Virus record (IMG/VR): IMGVR_UViG_3300028326_000318
Coordinates: 1 to 29,540 of that record
Length of the DNA: 29,540 nucleotides
Reading direction: 5' to 3' (one strand)
Origin: a virus
Lineage: Duplodnaviria; Caudoviricetes
Shown here: positions 16,665 through 23,870 of the stretch, piece by piece
Position numbering within the stretch: the first letter of the stretch is position 1
Layout of the letters: each line of letters begins with the position of its first letter
The notes under the pieces: generated by a model
Seen by the model: only the letters and a program-made list of their open reading frames with translations
Database searches by the model: none
Told to the model about the DNA's origin: nothing
Program-made: the position numbers and the translations under genes

Positions 16665-17060
16665 TCAGAAGCCAGTGGGGGCGAAGAGCGCGATGTAGTC
16701 GTGCGCCGCTTTGGATAGTGCTTTCAAGTCTGCATCGGTCGGTTGCCCGTACCAGTCGGGCTTACCCTGATACACCCAGATGTGCGGAGTCTTCATGTCA
16801 CCGCCGGGTGTGCGAATGGAGGCGAAGTGGTCTTGATTCCGAAGCAGGAGTGTGTCGACCTTGCCCTCGGTGCGGTTGAGGATGGTGACCTGTAGGGCCT
16901 CGTATTTGTCCGCTGTGCCGGTGGTGACGAACTCGATGCGCGCCCGGATGTGCTCATCCAGCGTCAGGAATGCTGCGCGGCCGACGTAGACCGGGCTGGT
17001 TGATTTGAAAGCGGTGTTCCTGCCGGTGAGCGCCCGGAGCTGCTGTTCAAAGAAGTTCAT
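16665..17060 (-). CDS. Hypothetical protein, 131 aa (MNFFEQQLR...)
   Basis: AGGAGG SD before ATG 17060. Confidence 0.75.
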   Translation of the reverse strand: MNFFEQQLRALTGRNTAFKSTSPVYVGRAAFLTLDEHIRARIEFVTTGTADKYEALQVTILNRTEGKVDTLLLRNQDHFASIRTPGGDMKTPHIWVYQGKPDWYGQPTDADLKALSKAAHDYIALFAPTGF

Positions 17061-17154
17061 GGTGTTCCTCCTAAAAATGATTTCTGAGCTTGCGGCTTCC
17101 CGCGACCAGCAGTGCCGGTTTCGCCTCGGTGCCACCGAGGTCTCGTCAGGCGGG

Positions 17155-18051
17155 TCAGATGGCCGTGGCCATGGGCGGGCCGTTGCGCCAGGCGCTGTTC
17201 CCAGGCAGGGCGGCCGTCAGGTGTTCCCGAGCGGTCTCGAACTCGTCACCAATGAAGCCCAGTTTCAGGAGCCAGCACCGGAAGGCGTACTTGGGGTTGT
17301 CGGTCTCCGGCCGACGCGGGCTGGCGTAGCTTGATTCCAAAGCCAGGTGGCTGATGGCCAGGGCGAGCTGGATGTAGGACTTGACCTTGCCCGCGTGCAG
17401 GGTTGCGTTGAAGGCCCGGAATTCGATGGTGCCTTTCTGGAACACGCTGTGCAGGTTCAGCAGGTGGTAGCGGCTCGGGTCGTAGTGCTCGTGTGCGCGC
17501 CGTTCCGCCCGGAGTGTGCTGCTCTCGTCGTACCAGAGCTGTGCGAATTCGGGGAGTGTGCGGGGCTTGCGCCGGTTGAGCTTCTCCAGGAAGTCCTGCT
17601 CCACCGGTCGGCACCAGCGAGCCCGGCGTTCCGGGCTGATTTGGAGCGCCTGGGTGAGAAGGTCCTCCTTGGCGTTGACCACGTTGGTTAGGGTCCGAAG
17701 GGTCGCGGCCGTGTGCCTGCCCAGCCCGACGTGGACGTGGATCCCGCAGCTGGGGTCAGCCTTCGCTCCCGCCGCCCGCAGGGCCCGCACCAGGGCCTGG
17801 ACCGTCTCAATGTCCTCCCAGTGGCAGATGGGGCTGACCACCTCGGTCTGCTGTTCCCAGGGCCCGGCGATGCTGGCGTCGGAGACCACCTTCCAGACCC
17901 GGCCGGTTCCGTCCGGGACGGTGCGCAGGTCGTAGCTGCGGCCCGGGATGTACTCGACCTGTGTGCCGAAGTGGTCGGCGAGTACCTGGGCGGCCTTTGC
18001 CCGAGAGATACCGTTCATTTCGAGTTCGATCCCGAAGGTCTGTGTTTTCAT
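17155..18051 (-). CDS. Amidoligase_2 family (COOH-NH2 ligase) protein
   Basis: FGIELE, WKVVSDASI, EVVSP, SCGIHVH, RY..LNL, TIEFR motifs. Confidence 0.92.
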   Translation of the reverse strand: MKTQTFGIELEMNGISRAKAAQVLADHFGTQVEYIPGRSYDLRTVPDGTGRVWKVVSDASIAGPWEQQTEVVSPICHWEDIETVQALVRALRAAGAKADPSCGIHVHVGLGRHTAATLRTLTNVVNAKEDLLTQALQISPERRARWCRPVEQDFLEKLNRRKPRTLPEFAQLWYDESSTLRAERRAHEHYDPSRYHLLNLHSVFQKGTIEFRAFNATLHAGKVKSYIQLALAISHLALESSYASPRRPETDNPKYAFRCWLLKLGFIGDEFETAREHLTAALPGNSAWRNGPPMATAI

Positions 18052-18079
18052 GGCCCGCGACCCCTTTCGTTACCGTCCT

Positions 18080-18185
18080 GGCAGGCGACCTTCGCCCGTC
18101 GCCCCGCGGGCCCCGCCCGTCTACCCGCGACCTGTGCCCGGAGCGGCCCGCCCGCCCCGGCCGCCCGGCAGGCGACCTTCGCCCG
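18080..18185. repeat. Two perfect 19-bp direct repeats ggcaggcgaccttcgcccg (18080-18098 and 18167-18185), each a hairpin
   Basis: Direct reading; internal ggcga/tcgcc stem. Confidence 0.85.
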
Positions 18186-18200
18186 GTTTTCCGGCCGGCG

Positions 18201-18230
18201 AGCGTAGGATACCGTTTCCCGGGCCGACAA
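18201..18230 (-). promoter_or_regulatory. Possible promoter for the amidoligase operon (TTGTCG-18-TACGCT)
   Basis: Weak sigma-A match on the minus strand about 150 nt upstream of the amidoligase start. Confidence 0.3.
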
Positions 18231-18370
18231 AAAAGCCGGTTTTGCCGTCGTTTGGAGCTTCTCACCGATCGTTTTCGGCGTCGTTTGGGATAACCGGCGG
18301 CCGGCAAAAGGCCTTCCTATAACACGCGAACGCGAAGTCCGACCTGGGCCGGCGACTGCGGTCCCGGCCA

Positions 18371-18574
18371 GGCACACTTCTGCGGTTTGCTTTGGAGAAG
18401 TCCGACCAGCCCGGTTGACTTTCGGGGTTTGCTTCGGAGAAGTCCAACGGGCACGGTCGGCTTTCGGACTGTGCTTGGGAGAAGTCCCACCGGCGCAGTT
18501 GACTTTCAGCGTTTGCTTTGAAGAAGTCCGACCGACGTGGTGGACTTTCACGCTCCGCTTCGGTGAAGTGTGCC
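18371..18574. repeat. 42-bp periodic degenerate tandem array (4 full units plus a partial) bracketed by a 10-bp inverted repeat
   Basis: Units start at 18385, 18427, 18469 and 18511; each has AAGTC-N14-G(A/G)CTT; ggcacacttc(18371-18380)/gaagtgtgcc(18565-18574). Confidence 0.9.
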
Positions 18575-18666
18575 GGGAAGGGGGGATCGGATCTCTGGGG
18601 ACCTTTCACCGGAGACCGCGGCCCTCTCTCACGCGAGTTTTCGCGAAATTCAGGACCCGGGGTATT
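18575..18666. other. Candidate cos/packaging-initiation region
   Basis: G-run...ATCTCT...GACCGCGGCCCTCT...TTTTCGCGAAATT resembles the non-coding segment preceding the packaging genes of HNH/P27-terS cos phages (pattern recognition, not verified). Confidence 0.5.
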
Positions 18667-18727
18667 CGGCCCCAAAACGAAAGCAGCCGCTCGTGATGGG
18701 CGGCTGTTGCGATTGAAGGAGGCTTCT

Positions 18728-20032
18728 TTGAATACGAGCATGAACCTGCAGCGGATCCCTGTTGAGATGCTGAGGCCCGCGAAATACAACCCGCGAAAAG
18801 ACCTGAAACCTGGCGATCCGGCCTATGAAAAGATCAAGCGGAGCCTCCGCGAGTTTGGCTATGTCGATCCCGTCATCTGGAATGAGGTGACCGGGAACAT
18901 CGTGGGCGGGCACCAGCGCTACAAGGTGCTGACGGCGGAAGGCGCCACCGAGATCGACTGCGTGGTCGTACACATCGAGGATCCGGCTGATGAAAAAGCG
19001 CTCAATATCGCGCTCAATAAAGCTGTCGGCGAATGGGAGCCCGTTGCGCTGGCTGACCTGCTTACCGATTTGCAGCAGAACGGGTATGATCTGGACGCGA
19101 CCGGGTTTGACGCAGTTGAAATCAACGAGCTGTTTTCCAAGATCCATGACAAGGAGATCAAAGAAGACAGCTTCGATGTGGACGCCGAATTGCAGAACCC
19201 GTGTTTTTCTAGGCTGGATGATGTATGGCATCTTGGCCACCATCGCGTCATTTGCGGAGACGGCACGCTCCCGGGCACCTTTGAAAAGCTGATGCAGGGC
19301 ACAAAGGCTAACCTCGTATGTGTAGACCCGCCGTATCTTGTTTCGCTGGAAAGCGCGTCAGGCAAGATCAAAAATGACGACCTGAATGATGCAGAAGGCT
19401 ATGATTTTATCGCAAAAGCTCTTAACCGGCTCGCGGAAAACATGGCCCTGGACGCGTCCATCTACATGTTCCACGCCGACTCCAAGGGACTGCTTTTCCG
19501 GCGTGCATTTGATGCGGCGGGTTTCCACCTGGGCGCAACGGTCATTTGGAAAAAGGACCAACTAGTGCTGACGCGTACCGACTTCAAGTACCTGCATGAG
19601 CCGATTCTCTATGGCTGGCTTAAAAAGGGCAAACACAAATGGTATGGCGACCAGAAGCAAACCACCATCATCGAATTCCCGCGTATCAAAAACTCCAAGA
19701 CCGAGGGCTGCGGCCACCCCTCTTCCAAACCTGTTCCGCTGATCGCTTACCTGGTCAAACTCTCGACGCTGACGAACAGTGTGGTGCTGGACTCCTTCCT
19801 GGGCTCCGCCTCGACATTAATGGCCTGCGATCAGCTCGACCGGGTCTGTTATGGCGTTGAGCTTGAGCCCAAGTTTGTGGACGTCGCCGTGAAAAGGTTC
19901 CTTGCGGCGCATGACGGAGACGCATCGGCGCCGGTCGTTTTTGTCGAGCGATTCGGTCAGAGGCTGACGTTTGATGAAGCAATGCAGTGCATGGAACTGG
20001 TAAAGAAGGAGGATTCCGAAGATAGTGAATGA
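18728..20032 (+). CDS. ParB-like N-domain plus beta-class N6A/N4C DNA methyltransferase, 434 aa
   Basis: AAGGAGG SD before TTG 18728; YNPRK, GGHQR (ParB); DPPY; HPSSKP; LDSFLGSAST. Confidence 0.92.
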   Translation: MNTSMNLQRIPVEMLRPAKYNPRKDLKPGDPAYEKIKRSLREFGYVDPVIWNEVTGNIVGGHQRYKVLTAEGATEIDCVVVHIEDPADEKALNIALNKAVGEWEPVALADLLTDLQQNGYDLDATGFDAVEINELFSKIHDKEIKEDSFDVDAELQNPCFSRLDDVWHLGHHRVICGDGTLPGTFEKLMQGTKANLVCVDPPYLVSLESASGKIKNDDLNDAEGYDFIAKALNRLAENMALDASIYMFHADSKGLLFRRAFDAAGFHLGATVIWKKDQLVLTRTDFKYLHEPILYGWLKKGKHKWYGDQKQTTIIEFPRIKNSKTEGCGHPSSKPVPLIAYLVKLSTLTNSVVLDSFLGSASTLMACDQLDRVCYGVELEPKFVDVAVKRFLAAHDGDASAPVVFVERFGQRLTFDEAMQCMELVKKEDSEDSE

Positions 20033-20777
20033 AAAGCACAAATTATATGCTGGTGCCGTTGTTGGTAAACTGGAATTGCTGGAACGGTTCAGAGATGCAA
20101 ATTCGTGGCGATGGCGTTGTATCTGTGCATGCGGTCAACATGTTACGCCATTGGAAAGCAATCTCCGGAACGGATATAGCAAAAGCTGTGGTAGCTGTGG
20201 CAAAAACGATTACCGTCCCTGCTCTGATGGCGTGACCGTTAAGGTCACTTCAACAAATGGCTTTACCTTTATCATTGATAAAGACGATGTGCCTCTGGTG
20301 AAAACCAAAAAGTGGCATGTCGTAACAAACCAGATAGGGCTACAAACCGTTATCGCATCAGATAAAACCTATTTGCATCATATGTTGATTGGCAACCATA
20401 AGGGGATGGAAGTCGATCATATTGACGGGAATCGTATGAACAACAGACGCGATAACCTCCGTGTTTGCACACATCAACAAAACCAGTGCAATCAGTCCCT
20501 ACAACGCAATAACACCTCTGGTGTTGCCGGGGTCAGCTATCATTCAGCGAGAAAGAAATTCATTGCGCGGATCAAGGCGTCTCAGCACGGTATCCATTTG
20601 GGTTACTACCTGACATTACTGGAAGCGACTCAGGCACGCAACGAAGCAATGCGCTTAATGTTTGGGGAGTATGCAAGAATGAACGATGTACCGGAAGCCC
20701 CTGAATGGATAAAAAACCTGGTCTATGAAAAGTGCAGCCGCTTCAAAGAGAAAGCGGCTGTTCCTTTTAGCGCATAA
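20025..20777 (+). CDS. Free-standing HNH endonuclease with C-terminal AP2-like domain
   Basis: WRCICACG...KSCG N-domain; VDHIDGNRMNNRRDNLR; NNTSGVAGV...HLGYY; lower GC. Confidence 0.88.
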   Translation: MNEKHKLYAGAVVGKLELLERFRDANSWRWRCICACGQHVTPLESNLRNGYSKSCGSCGKNDYRPCSDGVTVKVTSTNGFTFIIDKDDVPLVKTKKWHVVTNQIGLQTVIASDKTYLHHMLIGNHKGMEVDHIDGNRMNNRRDNLRVCTHQQNQCNQSLQRNNTSGVAGVSYHSARKKFIARIKASQHGIHLGYYLTLLEATQARNEAMRLMFGEYARMNDVPEAPEWIKNLVYEKCSRFKEKAAVPFSA

Positions 20778-20829
20778 ACTCACATGCGGCAATCCAGTGC
20801 CCACTTTATTCGGAAAGGAGCTGTGCTAT

Positions 20830-21342
20830 GTGGCGATCCGCGGCAGAAAACCCAAGCCCACCACAATCAAAAGGCTTGAGGGAAATCCTGGCAAACGCCC
20901 TCTCAACAACAACGAACCCATACCGCCCAAGGGCGAATTGAAGTGCCCTTCATGGCTGCTGCCAGAAGCGAAAAAGGAGTGGAAGCGGCTGGCCCCCACT
21001 CTGGAAGCGATGGGCGTGCTTACGATGGCTGACTTGACCGAATTCATCGGCTACTGCCAGGCGTTCGCGCGCTGGAAGGAAGCGGAGGATTTCATTACGC
21101 AGCACGGCTCCATCTTCAAGACGCCCTCCGGCTATATCCAGCAGGTGCCCCAGGTGTCCATTGCGCAGCAAAACCTGAAAATCGTGCAGTCTTTTTGCGC
21201 GGATTTCGGCCTGAACCCCGCAACCCGTTCGCGGCTTCAGATCAGCTTGCCGACCGACACGAAAGAGAGGAGCGAGGACGCCATGTTGACCTTGCTCGAA
21301 GGCAAGCTGGTGAACTTTGATGACTGGCGGGGTGAACGGTAG
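20830..21342 (+). CDS. terS: Terminase small subunit, P27 family, 170 aa
   Basis: AAGGAG SD before GTG 20830; GRKPKPT..K.LEGNPGKR, CPSWL...AKKEW, FGLNPATRSR. Confidence 0.92.
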   Translation: MAIRGRKPKPTTIKRLEGNPGKRPLNNNEPIPPKGELKCPSWLLPEAKKEWKRLAPTLEAMGVLTMADLTEFIGYCQAFARWKEAEDFITQHGSIFKTPSGYIQQVPQVSIAQQNLKIVQSFCADFGLNPATRSRLQISLPTDTKERSEDAMLTLLEGKLVNFDDWRGER

Positions 21343-22892
21343 TGCCCTTCAGCGAAGCAAAAGCGCAGCATGCCATCCAGTTTATCGAACAGCTCAAGCA
21401 TACAAAAGGACGCTGGGCAGGTCAGCCGTTCAAGCTACTGCCCTGGGAAGTAGAGCTAATCCGTCAGACCTTCGGCACACTGCGCGATGACGGAACCCGA
21501 CAGTATCACACAGTTTATGTTGAGATACCGAAAAAATCAGGTAAATCTGAGGTTGGCGCGGCCATTGCACTGTACATGCTGATGGCGGATGGCGAAGCAA
21601 ACGCGGAGGTTTACTCGGCAGCATGCGACCGCCAACAGGCGAGTATCGTCTTCAACACTGCGGTTCATTTCATTGAAGGGCATCCTGTTCTACGCCAGAT
21701 TACGCAGGTGGTGGCATCCACCAAGCGCATCGTATTCCCGAAGACCGGCAGTTTCTATCAGGTGCTATCGTCGGACGTCAAGTCCAAATCCGGGCTGAAC
21801 ATATCGGCGGCCGTCATTGATGAGGCGTGGACGCATCCGTCACCAGACCTGATCAAGATGCTAACGACCGGCTCGGGCGACGCGCGGACGCAGCCACTTT
21901 TCCTGATTCTGACCACGGCGGGAAACCGACTGGAGGGGATCGGATGGGATCTGCACCAACGCGCCAAGGGCATCCTCGAAGGCCGGAAGGTCGATCCGAC
22001 ATTCCTGCCCATCATATATGGATTGGAGCCGGATGACGACTGGGAGGACGAGAAGAACTGGTATAAGGCTAATCCATCGCTAGGGCACACCATCCAACTG
22101 GACCGCATACGCGAGCAATTTGAAGCGGCAAGAGACAATCCTGCCGACATCGCGCTCTTTAAGCAGCTCCGACTCAATATGTGGCTGAAGCAGAACATCA
22201 AGTGGATGGTCGCGGAGAGGTGGGGCGAATGCAGCTTTACCATCGATGAAGAGGCGTTGCGTGGCAGAGCTTGTTATGCCGGACTGGACTTGTCCAGCAC
22301 GACCGACATCACCGCGTTCGTACTGGTATTCCCACCAATGGACGTGGAAGGCAGGTACTGCGTCTTCCCGTTTTTCTGGCTGCCGGAGGATACGCTTGCG
22401 TTGCGCGTGCGACGCGATCACGTGCCGTACGATCGGTGGGAGGCGCAGGGACTAATAAAAACCACGGAAGGCAACGTCGTCCACTATGGCTACATCGAAC
22501 AGTTCATTGAGAAGCTTGGCACCCTGTACGACATTCGGGAGATCGCGTACGATCGCTGGAATGCGACGCAGATGGTCCAGAATCTCGAGGATGACGGCTT
22601 CAAGATGGTGCCGTTCGGTCAAGGCTTCCGGGACATGAGCCCGCCAACCAAGGAGCTGATGCGGCTGGTTCTGAACCGTCAGATTGCGCATGGTGGGAAC
22701 CCGGCGCTTTCATGGATGATGGACAACGTATACGTTCGGACCGACCCGGCCGGCAATGTCAAGGCGGACAAGGAAAAGAGCACAGAGAAGATTGACGGCG
22801 TGATTGCGCTGATTATGGCGCTGGACCGGGCGATGAAAAACCAGGGCACGGGCGGCAGCGTGTACGACAATAGAGGGTTGCTCTTCATTTAG
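21342..22892 (+). CDS. terL: Terminase large subunit
   Basis: IPKKSGKS Walker A, VIDE Walker B, GLDLS, EKIDG nuclease motifs. Confidence 0.96.
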   Translation: MPFSEAKAQHAIQFIEQLKHTKGRWAGQPFKLLPWEVELIRQTFGTLRDDGTRQYHTVYVEIPKKSGKSEVGAAIALYMLMADGEANAEVYSAACDRQQASIVFNTAVHFIEGHPVLRQITQVVASTKRIVFPKTGSFYQVLSSDVKSKSGLNISAAVIDEAWTHPSPDLIKMLTTGSGDARTQPLFLILTTAGNRLEGIGWDLHQRAKGILEGRKVDPTFLPIIYGLEPDDDWEDEKNWYKANPSLGHTIQLDRIREQFEAARDNPADIALFKQLRLNMWLKQNIKWMVAERWGECSFTIDEEALRGRACYAGLDLSSTTDITAFVLVFPPMDVEGRYCVFPFFWLPEDTLALRVRRDHVPYDRWEAQGLIKTTEGNVVHYGYIEQFIEKLGTLYDIREIAYDRWNATQMVQNLEDDGFKMVPFGQGFRDMSPPTKELMRLVLNRQIAHGGNPALSWMMDNVYVRTDPAGNVKADKEKSTEKIDGVIALIMALDRAMKNQGTGGSVYDNRGLLFI

Positions 22893-22911
22893 TCTATATG
22901 GAGGTTTCTGC

Positions 22912-23238
22912 ATGCCGCGAACACCGAAACGAACCTGCCGTCATCCCGGCTGCCCCAACCTCAGCGATGAGCCCTACTGCGAGCAGCACCGGAAGCAGTA
23001 CGCCCGCGAAACGGCGACACAGCGGGGCTACGACGGGCGCTGGCGGAAGGCGCGGGCGCTCTTTCTTCGGAAACACCCGCTCTGTGCGGAGTGCCGTAAG
23101 TATGGCGTACTGACCCCGGCCACCGTAGTCGATCACATCATCCCCCACCGCGGTGACGAGCGGCTTTTCTGGGATCAGGCTAATTTTCAGCCGCTCTGCA
23201 AGCCCTGCCATGATAAAAAGACTGGCGGCGGGCTATAG
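22912..23238 (+). CDS. Packaging-associated HNH endonuclease (HK97 gp74-like)
   Basis: RGYDGRW, HPLCAEC, VDHIIPHRGD, NFQPLCKPCHDKKT. Confidence 0.92.
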   Translation: MPRTPKRTCRHPGCPNLSDEPYCEQHRKQYARETATQRGYDGRWRKARALFLRKHPLCAECRKYGVLTPATVVDHIIPHRGDERLFWDQANFQPLCKPCHDKKTGGGL

Positions 23239-23270
23239 ATGGCCGGCATACGCCCAAATGTAGGGATGAT

Positions 23271-23304
23271 CTATCTTTATCTTTCAAGATAGGTCTGATA
23301 CAAT
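23271..23304 (+). promoter_or_regulatory. Extended -10 promoter (TGaTACAAT) with upstream inverted repeat ctatctt-N8-aagatag
   Basis: TGATACAAT at 23296-23304; inverted repeat 23271-23277/23286-23292. Confidence 0.5.
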
Positions 23305-23338
23305 ATATACAGTACCAACAGAATGGGGGTGGTGTCTG

Positions 23339-23794
23339 ATGAACCTGATAGCTGAGTTTGATGAGATAGTCCTCGACACTTTTAAGCTGTTGGGTAAGCC
23401 CGTCGACAAAAGGAAATACTTAGTTGTCGATAGGCCTACGCCTCACAATCCGGAGAAACTGCCCCCTGGTAATATGGGCATTTGTACGTTCTGGCACAAC
23501 GGCAATGCATTGGTGATCGGAAGAGCTGGCCCCAATAGTAATCCGCGGTTTTTTAGCCAACACTACAACCCAAAGTCCTCGCAAAGCAATTTGGCTGCAT
23601 CTCTACTATCGGATGAATCAATGAGCCGCCTCGGAATTTCAGAAGCGAATGTCGGCGAATGGATAAAAAGGAATTGCAGGAGAATCGACATACTGCTGGA
23701 TGCTAATCTCGGCATCATAACTTTGGAGCGTATAAAAGCAGCCCTCGTTGAAAAATACAAGCCCAGATATGCGGGAAGATCAGCACAGCACTGA
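23339..23794 (+). CDS. Moron-like hypothetical protein, possible degenerate GIY-YIG-like fold, 151 aa
   Basis: Lower GC, own promoter and terminator; GICTF-x7-VIG...R pattern. Confidence 0.7.
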   Translation: MNLIAEFDEIVLDTFKLLGKPVDKRKYLVVDRPTPHNPEKLPPGNMGICTFWHNGNALVIGRAGPNSNPRFFSQHYNPKSSQSNLAASLLSDESMSRLGISEANVGEWIKRNCRRIDILLDANLGIITLERIKAALVEKYKPRYAGRSAQH

Positions 23795-23817
23795 ACCCCT
23801 TTCCTTCGAGCCTCTTC

Positions 23818-23846
23818 AACGCTCATCCACCGATGAGCGTTTTCTT
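23818..23846 (+). terminator. Rho-independent terminator after the moron
   Basis: aacgctcatc-cacc-gatgagcgtt then ttctt. Confidence 0.75.
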
Positions 23847-23870
23847 ATGCCCACTTTAGGGAGGCGTAGT

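Noticed and set aside
18385-18569. CRISPR array interpretation of the 42-bp repeats
   Set aside because: Variable parts are only about 14 nt and resemble each other, repeats are degenerate, and there are no cas1/cas2 or effector genes in the window
18048-18727. ORFs across the repeat/cos region, including the 18518 extension of the methylase and 18048-18551 on the minus strand
   Set aside because: Translations simply mirror the DNA repeats, lack convincing SDs, and the methylase SD points to TTG 18728
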